NCBI GenBank assembly: GCA_963716745.1
Contig: OY970320.1
Span: 2,880,001 to 2,944,000 of the forward strand
From: an uncultured Gemmatimonadaceae bacterium
GTDB lineage: Bacteria; Gemmatimonadota; Gemmatimonadetes; Gemmatimonadales; Gemmatimonadaceae
DNA: 64,000 bases
Reading direction: 5' to 3'
Part shown: piece after piece, positions 44,579-56,771 of the stretch
How the letters are laid out: every line of letters begins with the position of its first letter
How positions within the stretch are numbered: the first letter of the stretch is position 1
Notes under the pieces: model-generated
Databases searched by the model: none
What the model was told of the DNA's origin: nothing
What the model saw: only the letters and a program-made list of their open reading frames with translations
Position numbers and translations under genes: made by a program

Positions 44579-45390
44579 ATGCCAACGGGGCGGATCCCGC
44601 CGGTGCCGGCTGTGCTGCGGCTGGTGCAGCGCGCGGTGCTGCACCGCTGGCAGGCCACAGCCGAGGACCTGTATCGCGAGGTCGCCGCGCTCGTCGAGGC
44701 GGTGCCGCGCATGGAGATCGTCGTCTCCGGGTGCGGCGAAGGGGAAACGTCGCAATGGCTCGCGGAGCACACGGGTGCGGCGGTGACCGGAGTGGACCCG
44801 GACGCCGGCCGGATCGCGGTGGCGGAAGCGCGGTCGCGCGAGCCGGAAGCGAAGGCGCGGGTGCACTACGAGCACGCGCCGCTGGACGATCTGCCGCACG
44901 AGACGGGCGTGTTCGACGTCGCGATCGGCGACGCGGCGCTCTCGGCGAGCGCCGATCCGGAGCGGGCGGTGGCGGAGCTGGTGCGGGTCGTGAAGCCAAT
45001 GGGGATCGTGGTGCTGCTGCAACCGACTTGGACGAGTGAGATCGCTCGCGAGACGCGCGAGGCGATCGTCGACCGTCTGGGATTGCGGCCGCACCTCCTC
45101 GTGGAGTGGAAGCAGATGATGCGCGATGCCGGCCTGGTGGAACTGCAGGTGCAGGATTGGACCGACGGCGCACCCGGCGGCCGCGCGAGCGCGCCCGGTG
45201 CACCGCATCCGCATCTCACCGTGCGCCAGAAGATGCACATCGTCGGCCGCGCCTGGCGGCGCTGGGGCTGGCGCGAGGCGCGCGGCGCCGTGGAGCGCGA
45301 GACATCGCTCATCCGCGAGCTATCGCGCCAGCGGGCGCTCGGCTTCCAGCTCATGCGCGGCGTGAAGTGGCCGCACGAGAGGGCCGGCTG

Positions 45391-45391
<1 letters not shown>
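44579..45391 (+). CDS. Class I SAM-dependent methyltransferase
   Basis: VSGCGEG, VTGVD, LPHETGVFDV, ELVRVVKPMG. Confidence 0.85.
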
Positions 45392-46394
<1,003 letters not shown>

Positions 46395-46398
<4 letters not shown>

Positions 46399-47414
46399 AG
46401 ATCAGCCACGAACTCGTCACTCTGCGCACGAAGCACGAATTCACGATCGCGCGCGGCGGCTCGAGCGAATTCCGCGTGGTGCTCGTCACCGTGACGGACA
46501 AGGACGGCGCCTTCGGCGTGGGTGAGGCGGATCCGAGCCGCTTCTACGGCGAATACGCCGACACCGTGCCGGTGGCGCTCGCGCAGTTCGCGCCGATCCT
46601 CGAGAGAGCCGATGGCTGGTCGCTCGAGGGGATCGAGGCGGACATGAATGCCAAGATGCGCGGGAACGGCGCGGCGAAGAGCGCGGTGATGGCGGCGCTC
46701 TACGATCTCATGGGCAAACGTCTCGGGCAGCCGCTGTACAAGCTCTTCGGCCTCGATCCCGCGAAGGCGCCCGGCTCGAGCTTCACGATCGGCTTCGCGC
46801 CCGAAGAGGAGATGCGTCTCAAGCTGCGCGAGGCGAAGGATTATCCCATCCTGAAAGTGAAGCTCGGCACCGATCACGATGAGGACGTCATCCGCATCAT
46901 CCGCGAAGAAGCGCCCGACAAGACGCTCTACGTGGACGCGAATTGCGCGTGGACGCCCAAGCAGGCGCTGAACAGCATCGAGATGCTCGTGGGCTACGAC
47001 GTGGAGATCGTCGAGCAGCCGCTGCCGCCCACCGATCCCGAAGGGCTGCGCTTCGTGCGCGACCGTTCACCGCTGCCGATCATCGCCGATGAATCGTGCC
47101 TCGTGGCGAGCGACATCCCGAAGCTCGCGGGCGTCGTGGACGGCATCAACATCAAGCTCGCGAAGTGCGGCGGACCACGTGAAGCGATCAAGATGGCCGC
47201 GACCGCGCGCGCGCACGGCATGCTCGTGATGATGGGCTGCATGATCGAGACGAGCGTCGGCATTACGACGGCCGCGCATCTCGCGCCGCTGCTCGATTAC
47301 GCCGACCTCGACGGTGCCGCGCTCGTGGCCAACGATCCGTACCGAGGCGCGACGATCGACCGCGGCGTGATCACGATCCCCACCGCACCGGGGCTCGGCG
47401 TCACGAGAGCATGA
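46395..47414 (+). CDS. Dipeptide epimerase (L-Ala-D/L-Glu epimerase-like, enolase superfamily)
   Basis: FTIARG, LKVKLG, VDANCAW, EQP, ADES, NIKLAKCGG, ADLDG. Confidence 0.92.
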
Positions 47415-49681
47415 GCGGCAAGCGGTACCTCGAGGTCGCGCTCCCGCTCCCGCTGTTCCAGACCTTCACGTATTCGGTCCCCGACGGCGCGGCGCTCCCC
47501 GCGCCCGGGATGCGCGTGCTCGTGCCCGTGCGCGGGCGGCGCGCGATCGGCATCGTGCTCGGACCGGCGACGGGCGAGGGGATCAAGAACGTAAAGGACA
47601 TCCTCGACGCGCCTGACGCCGAGGCGAGCGTTCCCGCGGAGTTGCTCGCGCTCGCGCGCTGGATCGCGGACTACTTCGTGGCGCCGGTGGGGCTCGTACT
47701 GCGCGCGATGCTGCCGTCGGCGCTCACCGGCTCGCGGGTGCCGCGGCCGGCGCCGCGCACGCAGCGCATCGCGCGCCTCAGCGTGGAACTTCCATCGCTC
47801 GAGGAGCGCGACCGCGTCTTCGCGCGCGCGGCGCGGCAGCGTGCGCTCTATGAAGCGCTCGAATCGCTCGGCGGCGCGAGCGACACCGTGCATCTCACCA
47901 CGCAACTCGGCTTCGCGCCGGCGGTGATCCGCGCGCTCGCGGAGCGCGGGCTGATCGCGCTCTCGGAGAGCGAGGTGGTGCGCGACCCGTTCCTCGCGCG
48001 CGCGATTCCTCCGGCGGCGGCGCACGTACCGACGCCCGCACAGCGCGATGCGCTCGCGGCACTCGTCGCGGCCAAGCCGGGCGCCCCGTTCCTTCTGCGC
48101 GGCATCACCGGCAGCGGCAAGACGCTCGTTTACATCGAGTTCCTGCGGGAGATCGTCGAGCGGCGCGGCAAGAGCGCGATCGTGCTCGTGCCGGAGATCG
48201 CCCTCACGCCGCAGGCGGTGGACCGCTTTCGCGCGGCTTTCGGCGAACGCATCGCGGTGCTGCACTCCGGGCTCTCCGATGGCGAGCGCTACGACGCCTG
48301 GCGCGCGCTGCGCAACGGCACGAAGACGATCGCCGTCGGCGCGCGCTCGGCGATCTTCGCGCCGCTCGCGAACCTCGGCGCGATCATCGTGGACGAAGAA
48401 CACGAGGGCAGTTACAAGAACGGCGAGACGCCGCGCTATCACGCGCGCGAGGTCGCGCTCGTGCGCGCACGCGACGAGGGCGCGGTGGTGGTGCTCGGCT
48501 CGGCCACGCCGAGTCTGGAGAGCTGGCAGAATGCGCAGGCGGGGAAGTACACACTGCTCACGCTCCCCGATCGCGTGGCGGATGCGAAGCTGCCGGCGGT
48601 GGAAGTAGTGGACATGCGTGCGCCGGCGCGCCCGGCCGCGCAGGGTCCGCGCGCGGCGGTGATCGATCCCTTCCGCCGCGTGTTCAGCGAGCCACTCGAA
48701 GCGGCGCTCGGCGAGCGGCTGCAACGCGGCGAGCAGAGCATCCTGCTGCTGAATCGGCGCGGCTTCGCCGCGTTCGTGCAGTGCGATGCCTGCGGCGATG
48801 TCGTCGTCTGTCCCAATTGTTCGATCACGCTCACGTACCACAAGAATCCCGAGCGACTCGTGTGCCATTACTGCCGCCACGAGCAGGCGCTGAGCGAGAA
48901 GTGCGCGCGCTGCGGCGGCACCACGGTTCGCCAGCGCGGACTCGGTACGCAGCAGGCGGAGAAGCTGCTCGCCGAGCGGTATCCGTACGCGCGCATCGCG
49001 CGCATGGACGTGGACACGACGAGCGGCAAATGGGCGCACGCCGAGATCCTCGACCGCGTGGGGCGCGGCGAGGTGGACGTGTTGCTGGGCACGCAGATGA
49101 TCGCGAAGGGGCTCGATTTCCCGAACGTGACGTTGGTCGGTGTGATCGATGCCGATGTCGGGATCAACCTGCCCGATTTCCGCGCGAGCGAACGCAGCTT
49201 CCAGTTGTTGAGCCAGGTGGCGGGCCGCGCCGGCCGCGGCGCGAAGGGCGGGGAAGTGATCATCCAGACGCGCGTGCCTTCGCATCACGCCGTGCGCGCC
49301 GCGGTGACGCACGATTACCTCACGTTCGTTCGCGAAGAACTCTCGGGGCGGAAGGATCCCGTGTATCCGCCCTACACGCGCCTCGCGAACGTGATCGTGA
49401 GCGGCGAGGAGGAGGAACCGGTCGCGCGACTCACGATCGCGGCGGCCGCGTGGCTGCGGCGGCTGATCGCCGAGCAGAAAGTGGAAGGCGTGACGGTGGT
49501 CGGACCCGCGCCGTGCCCGGTGGAGCGAGTGAAGCGGCGGTGGCGGTGGCATTTGCTGCTCAAAGCCGAGAACCCGGCTTCACTGACGAAGGTCGCTCGC
49601 TATTTCCTTGAGAGGTTCGACGTTCCGGCGCGAGGGGAAATGAGAGTGAGCGTGGATCGGGATCCGGTGGCACTGCTCTAA
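47411..49681 (+). CDS. priA: Primosomal protein N'
   Basis: GITGSGKT, LVPEIALTPQ, DEEHE, LNRRGF, four CxxC pairs, GTQMIAKGLDFPNV, QVAGRAGR. Confidence 0.98.
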   Translation: MSGKRYLEVALPLPLFQTFTYSVPDGAALPAPGMRVLVPVRGRRAIGIVLGPATGEGIKNVKDILDAPDAEASVPAELLALARWIADYFVAPVGLVLRAMLPSALTGSRVPRPAPRTQRIARLSVELPSLEERDRVFARAARQRALYEALESLGGASDTVHLTTQLGFAPAVIRALAERGLIALSESEVVRDPFLARAIPPAAAHVPTPAQRDALAALVAAKPGAPFLLRGITGSGKTLVYIEFLREIVERRGKSAIVLVPEIALTPQAVDRFRAAFGERIAVLHSGLSDGERYDAWRALRNGTKTIAVGARSAIFAPLANLGAIIVDEEHEGSYKNGETPRYHAREVALVRARDEGAVVVLGSATPSLESWQNAQAGKYTLLTLPDRVADAKLPAVEVVDMRAPARPAAQGPRAAVIDPFRRVFSEPLEAALGERLQRGEQSILLLNRRGFAAFVQCDACGDVVVCPNCSITLTYHKNPERLVCHYCRHEQALSEKCARCGGTTVRQRGLGTQQAEKLLAERYPYARIARMDVDTTSGKWAHAEILDRVGRGEVDVLLGTQMIAKGLDFPNVTLVGVIDADVGINLPDFRASERSFQLLSQVAGRAGRGAKGGEVIIQTRVPSHHAVRAAVTHDYLTFVREELSGRKDPVYPPYTRLANVIVSGEEEEPVARLTIAAAAWLRRLIAEQKVEGVTVVGPAPCPVERVKRRWRWHLLLKAENPASLTKVARYFLERFDVPARGEMRVSVDRDPVALL

Positions 49682-49794
49682 CGACGCGGGACTCGGGACT
49701 CGGGACTCGCCGCGGGATGCGAGAGGTGCGCGAGGCACCATCGCGCCGTTCACGAATCCCGCGGCGAGTCCCGAGCCCCGAGTCCCGCGTCGTT
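49680..49794. repeat. 39-bp-arm heptamer palindrome filling the priA/GMC convergent gap
   Basis: aacgacgcgggactcgggactcgggactcgccgcgggat ... atcccgcggcgagtcccgagccccgagtcccgcgtcgtt (1 mismatch). Confidence 0.93.
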
Positions 49795-51476
49795 CAGATC
49801 TCCGATCTCTTCGCGAACCCCGCGATCTTGGAAGCCGCCCGGAACGCCAACGCCTGGATCGTCATGGTCGGTTGTCCCCGTCCCGACGTCACGAAGCTCG
49901 AGCCGTCGACGATGAACAGGTTGGGCACATCGTGCGTGCGATGATTCGCATCGATCACGGATGTTCCCGGATCGTTCCCCATGCGGCACGTGCCGAGGAG
50001 ATGCGGGCCGCCGTATCCGGCTTCGAAGGGGGCGGGCTGGATCTCACTGCCGCCCGAGGCGACGAGCAGTTCCTTGGCGCGCTCCAGGAACCACGCGTTC
50101 ACCGCCACGTCGTTCGGGTGCAGCGTGAACGTGAGGCGCGGCGCCGGCAGTCCCCACGCGTCCTTCACGTCGGGATCGAGATCGATCCGGTTCGTCGCGA
50201 CCGGGAGTTGCGTCGAGTGGCCGTAGGCGAAGATCCGGCGCGACAGCGTCTCGCGCACGCGTTGCTTCCAGCCCGCGCCCCATCCCGGCGTCAGGATCCC
50301 CGCGAACATCGGCGTCATCATGCCGCGCATGTCGAAGCCGCCGCCGCCGTACAATCCCGTGCTCGCGGGGAGCACCACCTGGTCCCACGCGACGCGCGAC
50401 ACCACCACGCCCTTCCACGAATTGATGTCGTGCTCGAATGCCGCGTTCGCGAGCCCGCCGCCGTTGAACGTGATGTTCCGCCCGACCATTCCGCTGGAAT
50501 TCGCGAGGCCCTCGGCGTGCGCGCCCGTCGCGGACATGAAGAGCAGCTTTGGCGTCTCGACGCCGTTCGCCGAGAGCACCACCGCTTTCGCCTTCTGGAA
50601 GACCTCGTTCTTCTTCGCGTCGAAATACGTGACGCCGGTGACGCGGCCGTTCGCGCCCATCTCGATCTTGCGCACGTAGCTCAGCGGCCGGATCTCGCAG
50701 CGGCCCGTCGCGAGCGCGCCGGGGATCATCGACACGAGCGAACTCGACTTCGCGTTCACTTCGCAGCCGGCGCCGATGCACATGCCGCACGCGATGCAGC
50801 CGGGGCGTCCGCGGTACGGCTTCGAGAGGATCGCCATGGGCGCGGGCCACGGGTGCCAGCCGAGCTTCTTCGCGCCGCGCTCCATGATCACGCCTTCCGA
50901 TTTGATCGGCAGCGGCGGCAACGGGTAGCCTTTCTGGCGCGGCGGCTCGAACGGATTCCCGGCGAGTCCGGAAACGCCCACCTCCCACTCGACCTTCGTG
51001 TAGTACGGCTCGAGGTCGGCATACGAGATCGGCCAGTCGGCGATGCTCGATCCGTCGGGCACGCCGAGTTTGCTCGCCTGGTTGAACTCGATCTCGGGGA
51101 AGCGCCAGTAGTTCGCGGTGAAGTGCACCGAGCCGCCGCCCACGACGCGTCCGTACTGGATCAGGCCGCCCGCCTTCTTGGCGGTCTCGCTTTCGTTCGC
51201 GCGCGACGTGACCGGCTGCACCGCGGGGTTGTTCGTCAGCCCGAACTGATTCTGCAGCCAGATATCATCGTGCTTGAAATCGGCGGCCGTGAGCCACGGT
51301 CCCTGCTCGAGCACGACGACGGAGAACCCGGCGCGCGAGAGTTCGCGCGCCATCACGCCGCCCGCCGCGCCCGATCCGACGATGACGAAATCGACTTCGG
51401 TGCCCGGCGCGTAGTGCTTCATCTTCGGGAGCGGCGCGTGCGCGGCGCCCTGGTGGCCGTGCATGTGATCAGCCAC
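49794..51476 (-). CDS. GMC family oxidoreductase (gluconate 2-dehydrogenase flavoprotein-like)
   Basis: GSGAAGG, VGGGSVHF, WPISYADLEPYY, CxxCxxCxxGC, HLLGTCRMG, PTMTIQALA. Confidence 0.93.
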   Translation of the reverse strand: MADHMHGHQGAAHAPLPKMKHYAPGTEVDFVIVGSGAAGGVMARELSRAGFSVVVLEQGPWLTAADFKHDDIWLQNQFGLTNNPAVQPVTSRANESETAKKAGGLIQYGRVVGGGSVHFTANYWRFPEIEFNQASKLGVPDGSSIADWPISYADLEPYYTKVEWEVGVSGLAGNPFEPPRQKGYPLPPLPIKSEGVIMERGAKKLGWHPWPAPMAILSKPYRGRPGCIACGMCIGAGCEVNAKSSSLVSMIPGALATGRCEIRPLSYVRKIEMGANGRVTGVTYFDAKKNEVFQKAKAVVLSANGVETPKLLFMSATGAHAEGLANSSGMVGRNITFNGGGLANAAFEHDINSWKGVVVSRVAWDQVVLPASTGLYGGGGFDMRGMMTPMFAGILTPGWGAGWKQRVRETLSRRIFAYGHSTQLPVATNRIDLDPDVKDAWGLPAPRLTFTLHPNDVAVNAWFLERAKELLVASGGSEIQPAPFEAGYGGPHLLGTCRMGNDPGTSVIDANHRTHDVPNLFIVDGSSFVTSGRGQPTMTIQALAFRAASKIAGFAKRSEI

Positions 51477-52026
51477 GGTCGTAGTACCCGAATGGTGGCG
51501 TCCAGATGAAGCGGTCCTCGAAGCCGATCATCTTCCAGCCCGACTTGTCGTGATTCCCGCCGTAGGACGGGTTCGAGAACAGCCCCGAGATCGTGGTGAA
51601 GCGGATCCAATTGAAATGCTGCGGATCGGACTGCTCGAACTGCTGGAGCACCGCGATCCGGTCGAGTTCATCCAGCGCCGCGAACGACGCGGCATCCGGC
51701 GCGTAGTCCTTCGTCTCATCGGCGATCGCTATCATCACCTCATCGAAATGCTTGCGATCGTCCTTCATGAACGTCGCGAGCGAGCGGTCGATGAATCGCA
51801 CGACGTGCGCCTCACGCGCGCCCGGCAATTCGTCGGTCGGCACGAGCGTCGCGGTGACAGCGTCCAGCACGGCGACTTCCTGCGGCGTCAGCACGAGCCA
51901 CGGATCGGAAGGCGCGGACGTGCCCGCGAACGCACTCGCGGCCTGCAGCTCGGTGGCGTGCGCCGCCAGCCAGGCGCTCGCCGTGCCGGCCGCTACTGCT
52001 GCGAGGAAACCTCGTCGGGATGTCAT
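51469..52026 (-). CDS. Tat-signal gluconate 2-dehydrogenase subunit 3 family protein
   Basis: SRRGFL, PGAREA.VVRFIDR, GLFSNPSYGGN...GWKMIGF. Confidence 0.9.
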   Translation of the reverse strand: MTSRRGFLAAVAAGTASAWLAAHATELQAASAFAGTSAPSDPWLVLTPQEVAVLDAVTATLVPTDELPGAREAHVVRFIDRSLATFMKDDRKHFDEVMIAIADETKDYAPDAASFAALDELDRIAVLQQFEQSDPQHFNWIRFTTISGLFSNPSYGGNHDKSGWKMIGFEDRFIWTPPFGYYDRG

Positions 52027-52073
52027 GGGGCAATATGCTACCGCTCGCCATGAGAGGCGGGAAGGGCGGACTA

Positions 52074-52177
52074 CGCGGGAAGCGGGAAGCGGGAATCGCC
52101 GCGGGATGCGTGAACTGCGCGAGAGCCCAACGCGCCTTTCTCACCTCCCGCGGCGCTTCCCGCTTCCGCTTCCCGCG
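52074..52177. repeat. Heptamer palindrome (GCGGGAA x3 / TTCCCGC x3)
   Basis: cgcgggaagcgggaagcgggaatcgccgcgggatgcg ... tcccgcggcgcttcccgcttccgcttcccgcg; shares inner tcgccgcgggatgcg with the 49680 copy. Confidence 0.88.
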
Positions 52178-52214
52178 CCGTTCCGGAGCCATCACCGCGC
52201 GAGTAGCTTTAAGG

Positions 52215-53309
52215 ATGTCCTTCGCTCACCCCGACTTCACCACCAAGCAGTTCAGCACCAGCCCCGACGCCAAGTTCGTACCCGCTCCCTCCGACGGCGT
52301 CCTGCCCGATCGATTCTTCTCCACCACCAATCTCCCCACGTACGTTCGCGTGAAAGGCAAATGGCGCATGCCACGCGAGCCGCGCATGGACGCGTCGCTC
52401 GTGCTCGCGCCCGATGGCGAGATCTGGGTGCGCGAGATGCGCCGCGTGAAGAAGGGCGATCAGGTGGCGGTCGGCGCCGCCGAAGATGGCTCCGAGGGGA
52501 TCTTCGTGCACTCGAGCGCGTTCCTCGGCGAGGCCGCCGGCGGCGAGTTCAAGTTCATGACGAGCGAGGTGTCGCGCGAGAAGCCCATCGACTACTCGCA
52601 AATGGCGCGCCTCCTCATCGATGAACGCGCACGCGGCGGATATCCCATCTGGGTGTGCGGCCCGGCGCTCGTGCATTCGCGCGCGCGCGCGGACATGACC
52701 TGGTTCATCGCCAACGGATTCGTCGGTGCACTGCTGGCGGGCAACGCGGTGGGCGTGCACGACATCGAAGCGTCCATCTTCTCGACGACCCTCGGCATGA
52801 CCTCGGGCGGCGAGGCCACCAGCGGCGGGCACGGACTCCACATGCGCGCGATCAACCAAGTGCGCGCCGCCGGTTCCATCGAGGAAGCGGTGAAGCGCGG
52901 CATCGTGAAGGATGGGATCATGCACGCGTGCGTGACGCATCATGTTCCGTACGTGCTCGCCGGCTCGATCCGCGACGATGGGCCGCTCCCGGGTGTATAC
53001 GCCGACATGAACGCCGCGCAGGACGCGATGAAAGCGCACACGGTGAGAGCCACAATGGCGATCCTCGTCGCCACCGCGCTCCATGCGATCGCCACCGGCA
53101 ACATGCTGCCCGCGTTCGTCACCGAGTCCGATGGCTCGCTGCGCGAACTCACCACGATCTGCGTGGATTCCTCCGAGTTCGTCGTGAGCAAGCTCAAGGA
53201 CCGCGGCACGCACCAGGCGTTCGGCGTCGTCACCAATGCGCAGGACTTCATGCACATCCTGCGTCTGTACGTCGAGCGCGAACTCGGCGCCGCGGGTGCG
53301 CCCAAGTGA
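52215..53309 (+). CDS. LOR/SDH conserved-domain (TIGR00300-like) protein
   Basis: APSDGVLPDRFFSTTNLPT, FKFMTSEVSREKP, GPALVHS, AGNAVGVHDIE, LAGSIRDDGPLP, LHAIATGNM, KLKDRG. Confidence 0.88.
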   Translation: MSFAHPDFTTKQFSTSPDAKFVPAPSDGVLPDRFFSTTNLPTYVRVKGKWRMPREPRMDASLVLAPDGEIWVREMRRVKKGDQVAVGAAEDGSEGIFVHSSAFLGEAAGGEFKFMTSEVSREKPIDYSQMARLLIDERARGGYPIWVCGPALVHSRARADMTWFIANGFVGALLAGNAVGVHDIEASIFSTTLGMTSGGEATSGGHGLHMRAINQVRAAGSIEEAVKRGIVKDGIMHACVTHHVPYVLAGSIRDDGPLPGVYADMNAAQDAMKAHTVRATMAILVATALHAIATGNMLPAFVTESDGSLRELTTICVDSSEFVVSKLKDRGTHQAFGVVTNAQDFMHILRLYVERELGAAGAPK

Positions 53310-53695
53310 GCGCCGAGGGACGCGACCGTTTCCTGCGCGCCATTGCCGAACACCTGCCGGGCTCGCGCATCGACGAGATCCGTCTCTTCGCGCCGCTCAA
53401 GCAGGGCGGCGTCGAGAGCGGCGTCGCGGTGATCACGGTCGCGCTCGAGGGCGAGGCGGGCGCCAAGCCGCGCTACACCATTTACCGCGCGCAGTATCGC
53501 CTCACGCTCAAGGGTGCCGAGCGCGGCAAATGGGACATGTCGCTCACCGAGGATGCCGACGCCCCCGGCGGCACCGTGGACGACGTCGTGCGCGGCGTGC
53601 TGCGCCGCAGCGCCGACGAGTCGGAACCCGAGCGCCTCTCGGGCGAAGCGCTCCACGCCGCACTCCTGGACGACGCGTGGACCCGCGCGACCTGA
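53306..53695 (+). CDS. Hypothetical protein (~129 aa)
   Basis: GTGA overlap start; typical codon usage; LFAPLKQGGVESGVAV. Confidence 0.7.
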   Translation: MSAEGRDRFLRAIAEHLPGSRIDEIRLFAPLKQGGVESGVAVITVALEGEAGAKPRYTIYRAQYRLTLKGAERGKWDMSLTEDADAPGGTVDDVVRGVLRRSADESEPERLSGEALHAALLDDAWTRAT

Positions 53696-54130
53696 TCGAC
53701 GAGTTCACCCGCTACCTGCGCGCGCACAATCTGCCGGTCACGCCGCAGCGCCTGGCGGTCGCCGAGATACTCTTGATGCGCGACCGCCACTTCAGCGCGG
53801 ACGAAGTCGCGCAGGAGCTCGCGCGGAACGGCTCGAAGATCGGCACGGCGACCATTTATCGAACCCTCGAGGTGCTCGTGAAGAGCGGGCTCGTGGTGGA
53901 GCGCGATTTCGGCGAGGGGTTCCGCCGCTTCGAGAGCGCGCGCGACATGCCGCAGCACGAGCACCTGCTTGTGCACGGTGTGCGGACGGGTCGTGGAATT
54001 CCAGGATGAGCGCCTCGAGCGCATGACCACCCTCATCGCCGAGTCCAAGCGATTCGCGCGCCAGCGCCACCGCCTCGTGATCTACGGCGTGTGCGAGAGC
54101 TGCCGCTCGGGACGCACGGTGCGCGCGTGA
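53677..54130 (+). CDS. fur: Fur family transcriptional regulator (extra base near 53970)
   Basis: TPQRLAV, HFSADEV, ATIYRTL, HEHL-CTVC, YGVCESC after frame correction. Confidence 0.9.
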
Positions 54131-54852
54131 ACGGTCCGTCCATCGGAGCGCTCGTCGCGTTCGGCGCGGGCGTCGTGAGCTTCCTCTCGCCCTGCGTGCT
54201 GCCACTCATCCCGAGTTACATCACGTTCATCACCGGCATGAGTCTCGACGAGGTGCAGCAGCATCGTCGCGCCGCCGTCGTGCATTCGCTGCTCTTCATC
54301 ACCGGCTTCACGATCATCTTCCTCCTGCTTGGCGCGTCGGCGAGCGCGCTCGGTCAGATCGCCTTCCGCGCGCGCGATTGGGTCGCGCGCCTGGGCGGCG
54401 TGCTGATCATCGTGTTCGGGCTGTATCTGCTCGGCGCATTCGACATCGCGCTCTTCAGCCGCGAGCGGCGCGTGCATCTCGCGAACAAACCGGCGGGCTA
54501 CCTCGGCACGCTGCTGGTGGGTCTCGCGTTCGGCGCGGGATGGACGCCGTGCATCGGCCCCATCCTCGGCGCGATCCTCACGTACACCGCGAGCACGGCC
54601 AGCCTGTCCAAAGGACTCTGGCTGCTGTTCGCGTACTCGATGGGATTGGCGGTGCCGTTCATCATCGCCGCCGCGATGGTCGACAAGTTCATCGACTGGT
54701 TCGCGCGCAACAAAGGCGTGATGCTCTGGATGAATCGCGTCGGCGGCGTGATCCTCGTGATCATCGGCGCGCTGCTCGTGACGAACGAATTCACCCTTCT
54801 CGCGAGCTACCTACAAGCCATGACGCCCGAATGGATTCGAAGCAGGATATAG
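54127..54852 (+). CDS. ccdA: Cytochrome c biogenesis protein CcdA
   Basis: AGVVSFLSPCVLPLIPSY, AGWTPCIGPILG, YSMGLAVPF. Confidence 0.93.
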   Translation: MNGPSIGALVAFGAGVVSFLSPCVLPLIPSYITFITGMSLDEVQQHRRAAVVHSLLFITGFTIIFLLLGASASALGQIAFRARDWVARLGGVLIIVFGLYLLGAFDIALFSRERRVHLANKPAGYLGTLLVGLAFGAGWTPCIGPILGAILTYTASTASLSKGLWLLFAYSMGLAVPFIIAAAMVDKFIDWFARNKGVMLWMNRVGGVILVIIGALLVTNEFTLLASYLQAMTPEWIRSRI

Positions 54853-54869
54853 TCGGAAGGCAGTGTTTG

Positions 54870-54904
54870 GTCGTACGCGTTTAGCAGTTCTAAACGCGTA
54901 CGAC
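54870..54904. terminator. Perfect 15-bp hairpin between convergent ccdA and ggt
   Basis: gtcgtacgcgtttag-cagtt-ctaaacgcgtacgac; no clear U-tract. Confidence 0.55.
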
Positions 54905-54917
54905 GAACGACCGTAGT

Positions 54918-56664
54918 TCAATATCCTGCCGCCCCGCCGCCCGTCCTGCGATCCACCACGCCTACCCATCCGTTCTTCGTGCGCTCGATCGCGAATGCAT
55001 CCGCAATGAAGCCCCGCGAGCCGAAGGTGGACACCAGCACAATGTGGCCCATCGCGGTGAGCGAGTCAATCACCGGCTGCTCCAGCGCGCCGGCTTCGTA
55101 GTGGATCGTGTCCGGGCGCGCCTGCTCGTGGATGCGCGGCGCGTTCATGGCCTCCAGCAGCGGCATGCGGTAGTCGATCACGCCGATCAGCACCTGCAGC
55201 ACCGCGGTGATGATGCGCGGTCCGCCGCGCGCGCCGAGCACCAGCGTCACGCGATTCGCGGAATCGAGCACGATCGTCGGCGCCATCGCGCTCAGCATGC
55301 GCTTCCCCGGCGCCACGGCGTTCCGCTCGCCCTGCACGAGGCCGTAGAGGTTCGGCTCGCCCGGCCGCACGGCGAAATCGTCCATCTCGTTGTTCAAGAA
55401 GAAGCCCGCGGCCGCGACGTACACGCCTGACCCGTACGATTCGTTGAGCGTGGTCGTGGTGGCCACCGCGTTCCCCTTGGCGTCCACGACGGAATAGTGC
55501 GTCGTGTGGACGCCCTCCGGGCTGCGGCTCTCTGCGCCGCCCGCTTGGTGTTGCTCGACGTTCGCTGTCGGCGTCGCGGAATCGCGGGAAATGCCGGCGG
55601 CGAGTGACCGCGCATACGCCTTGCTCACCAGCTGCGCGATCGGCACCGGAGAGAAATCCGGATCCGCCAGCTGCGAGTTCCGGTCCACGAACGCGCGGCG
55701 CAGCGCCTCCGCGAGCAGATGCGTCTCCATCGTGCCGCGCACCGGCGGCAGCGGGCCGAACGTCTCGAGGATGTTCAGCGTTTCGATCGTCGTCACGCCG
55801 CCCGACGACGACGGCGGCATCGAGATGATCGTGTAGCCGCGATAGGTGCCGATGAGCGGATCGCGCCACGCGGGGTGATAGCCCTTCAGGTCGGCCAGCG
55901 TGATGAGCCCGCCGTCTCGCTTCTGCGCATCGGCGATCGCTTGTGCGACCTCTCCCTGGTAGAATCCGCGCGCGCCATGCGCGGCGATCGCTTTGAGCGT
56001 CCGCGCGAGCGCGGGCTGCACGAGCTTCTGGCCGGCGGCGAGCGGTTTGCCGTTCGGCATAAGCAGCTTGGCGCCGGAGAATCGCCCGATCAGTCTCTGA
56101 CCGCTCGCGATCGAGTGCGCGAGCGCAGTGTCCACCACGAAGCCTTTCTCGGCGAGCCGGATCGCCGGCGCGATGACGCGCGCGAGCGGCAGATGTCCGA
56201 ACTCCGCGTGCGCCGTCGTGAGTCCCGCGACCGCGCCAGGAACCCCCGACGCGCGCGGCCCCACGATGCTCGCCTCGTTCGCGATGCTCGCGCTGTCCAT
56301 GTACATCTCGCGCGTCGCGGCCGCCGGCGCCATCTCGCGGTAGTCGAGCGCCGCCGTGCGGCCGTCGGCCATGCGGATCACCATGAAGCCGCCGCCGCCA
56401 ATGTTGCCCGCCTCCGGATACGTGACCGCGAGCGCGAAGCCCACCGCGACCGCGGCATCCACCGCGTTGCCGCCCTCCTTCAGGATCTCGACGCCCGCCG
56501 CGGTCGCGAGCTCGCTGTTCAATGCGATCATCGCGTGTGCGGCGTTCACCGCTTCGCCCGCGTTCGCGCGGGGAGTCGCCGCCGGCGCCTGCGCGCGCGC
56601 GGCGGTCACGATCGCGGCGGAAGCGAGGATCGGAACCGATGAACGTTCGTGTGATGGAATGCAT
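54918..56664 (-). CDS. ggt: Gamma-glutamyltransferase (signal-peptide region probably frameshifted near 56635)
   Basis: GGNAVDAAVA, GNIGGGGF, PPSSSGG, TTHYSVVD, LNNEMDDF, PGKRMLSAM. Confidence 0.95.
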
Positions 56665-56771
56665 GTGAACTCTCCCGGTTCTCTTGCGACGACTGCGCGG
56701 CGACGGGTAAGTTAGCCCGCGTGCCGTGGCGTTGCCACGCGCCGCGCGCTCCCCCTCTGCGATGAGCCGAT

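Noticed and set aside
56721..56765. 14-codon leader peptide upstream of murQ
   Set aside because: No informative codon bias, and the murQ start region may itself contain an indel (ATG at 56762); not supportable.
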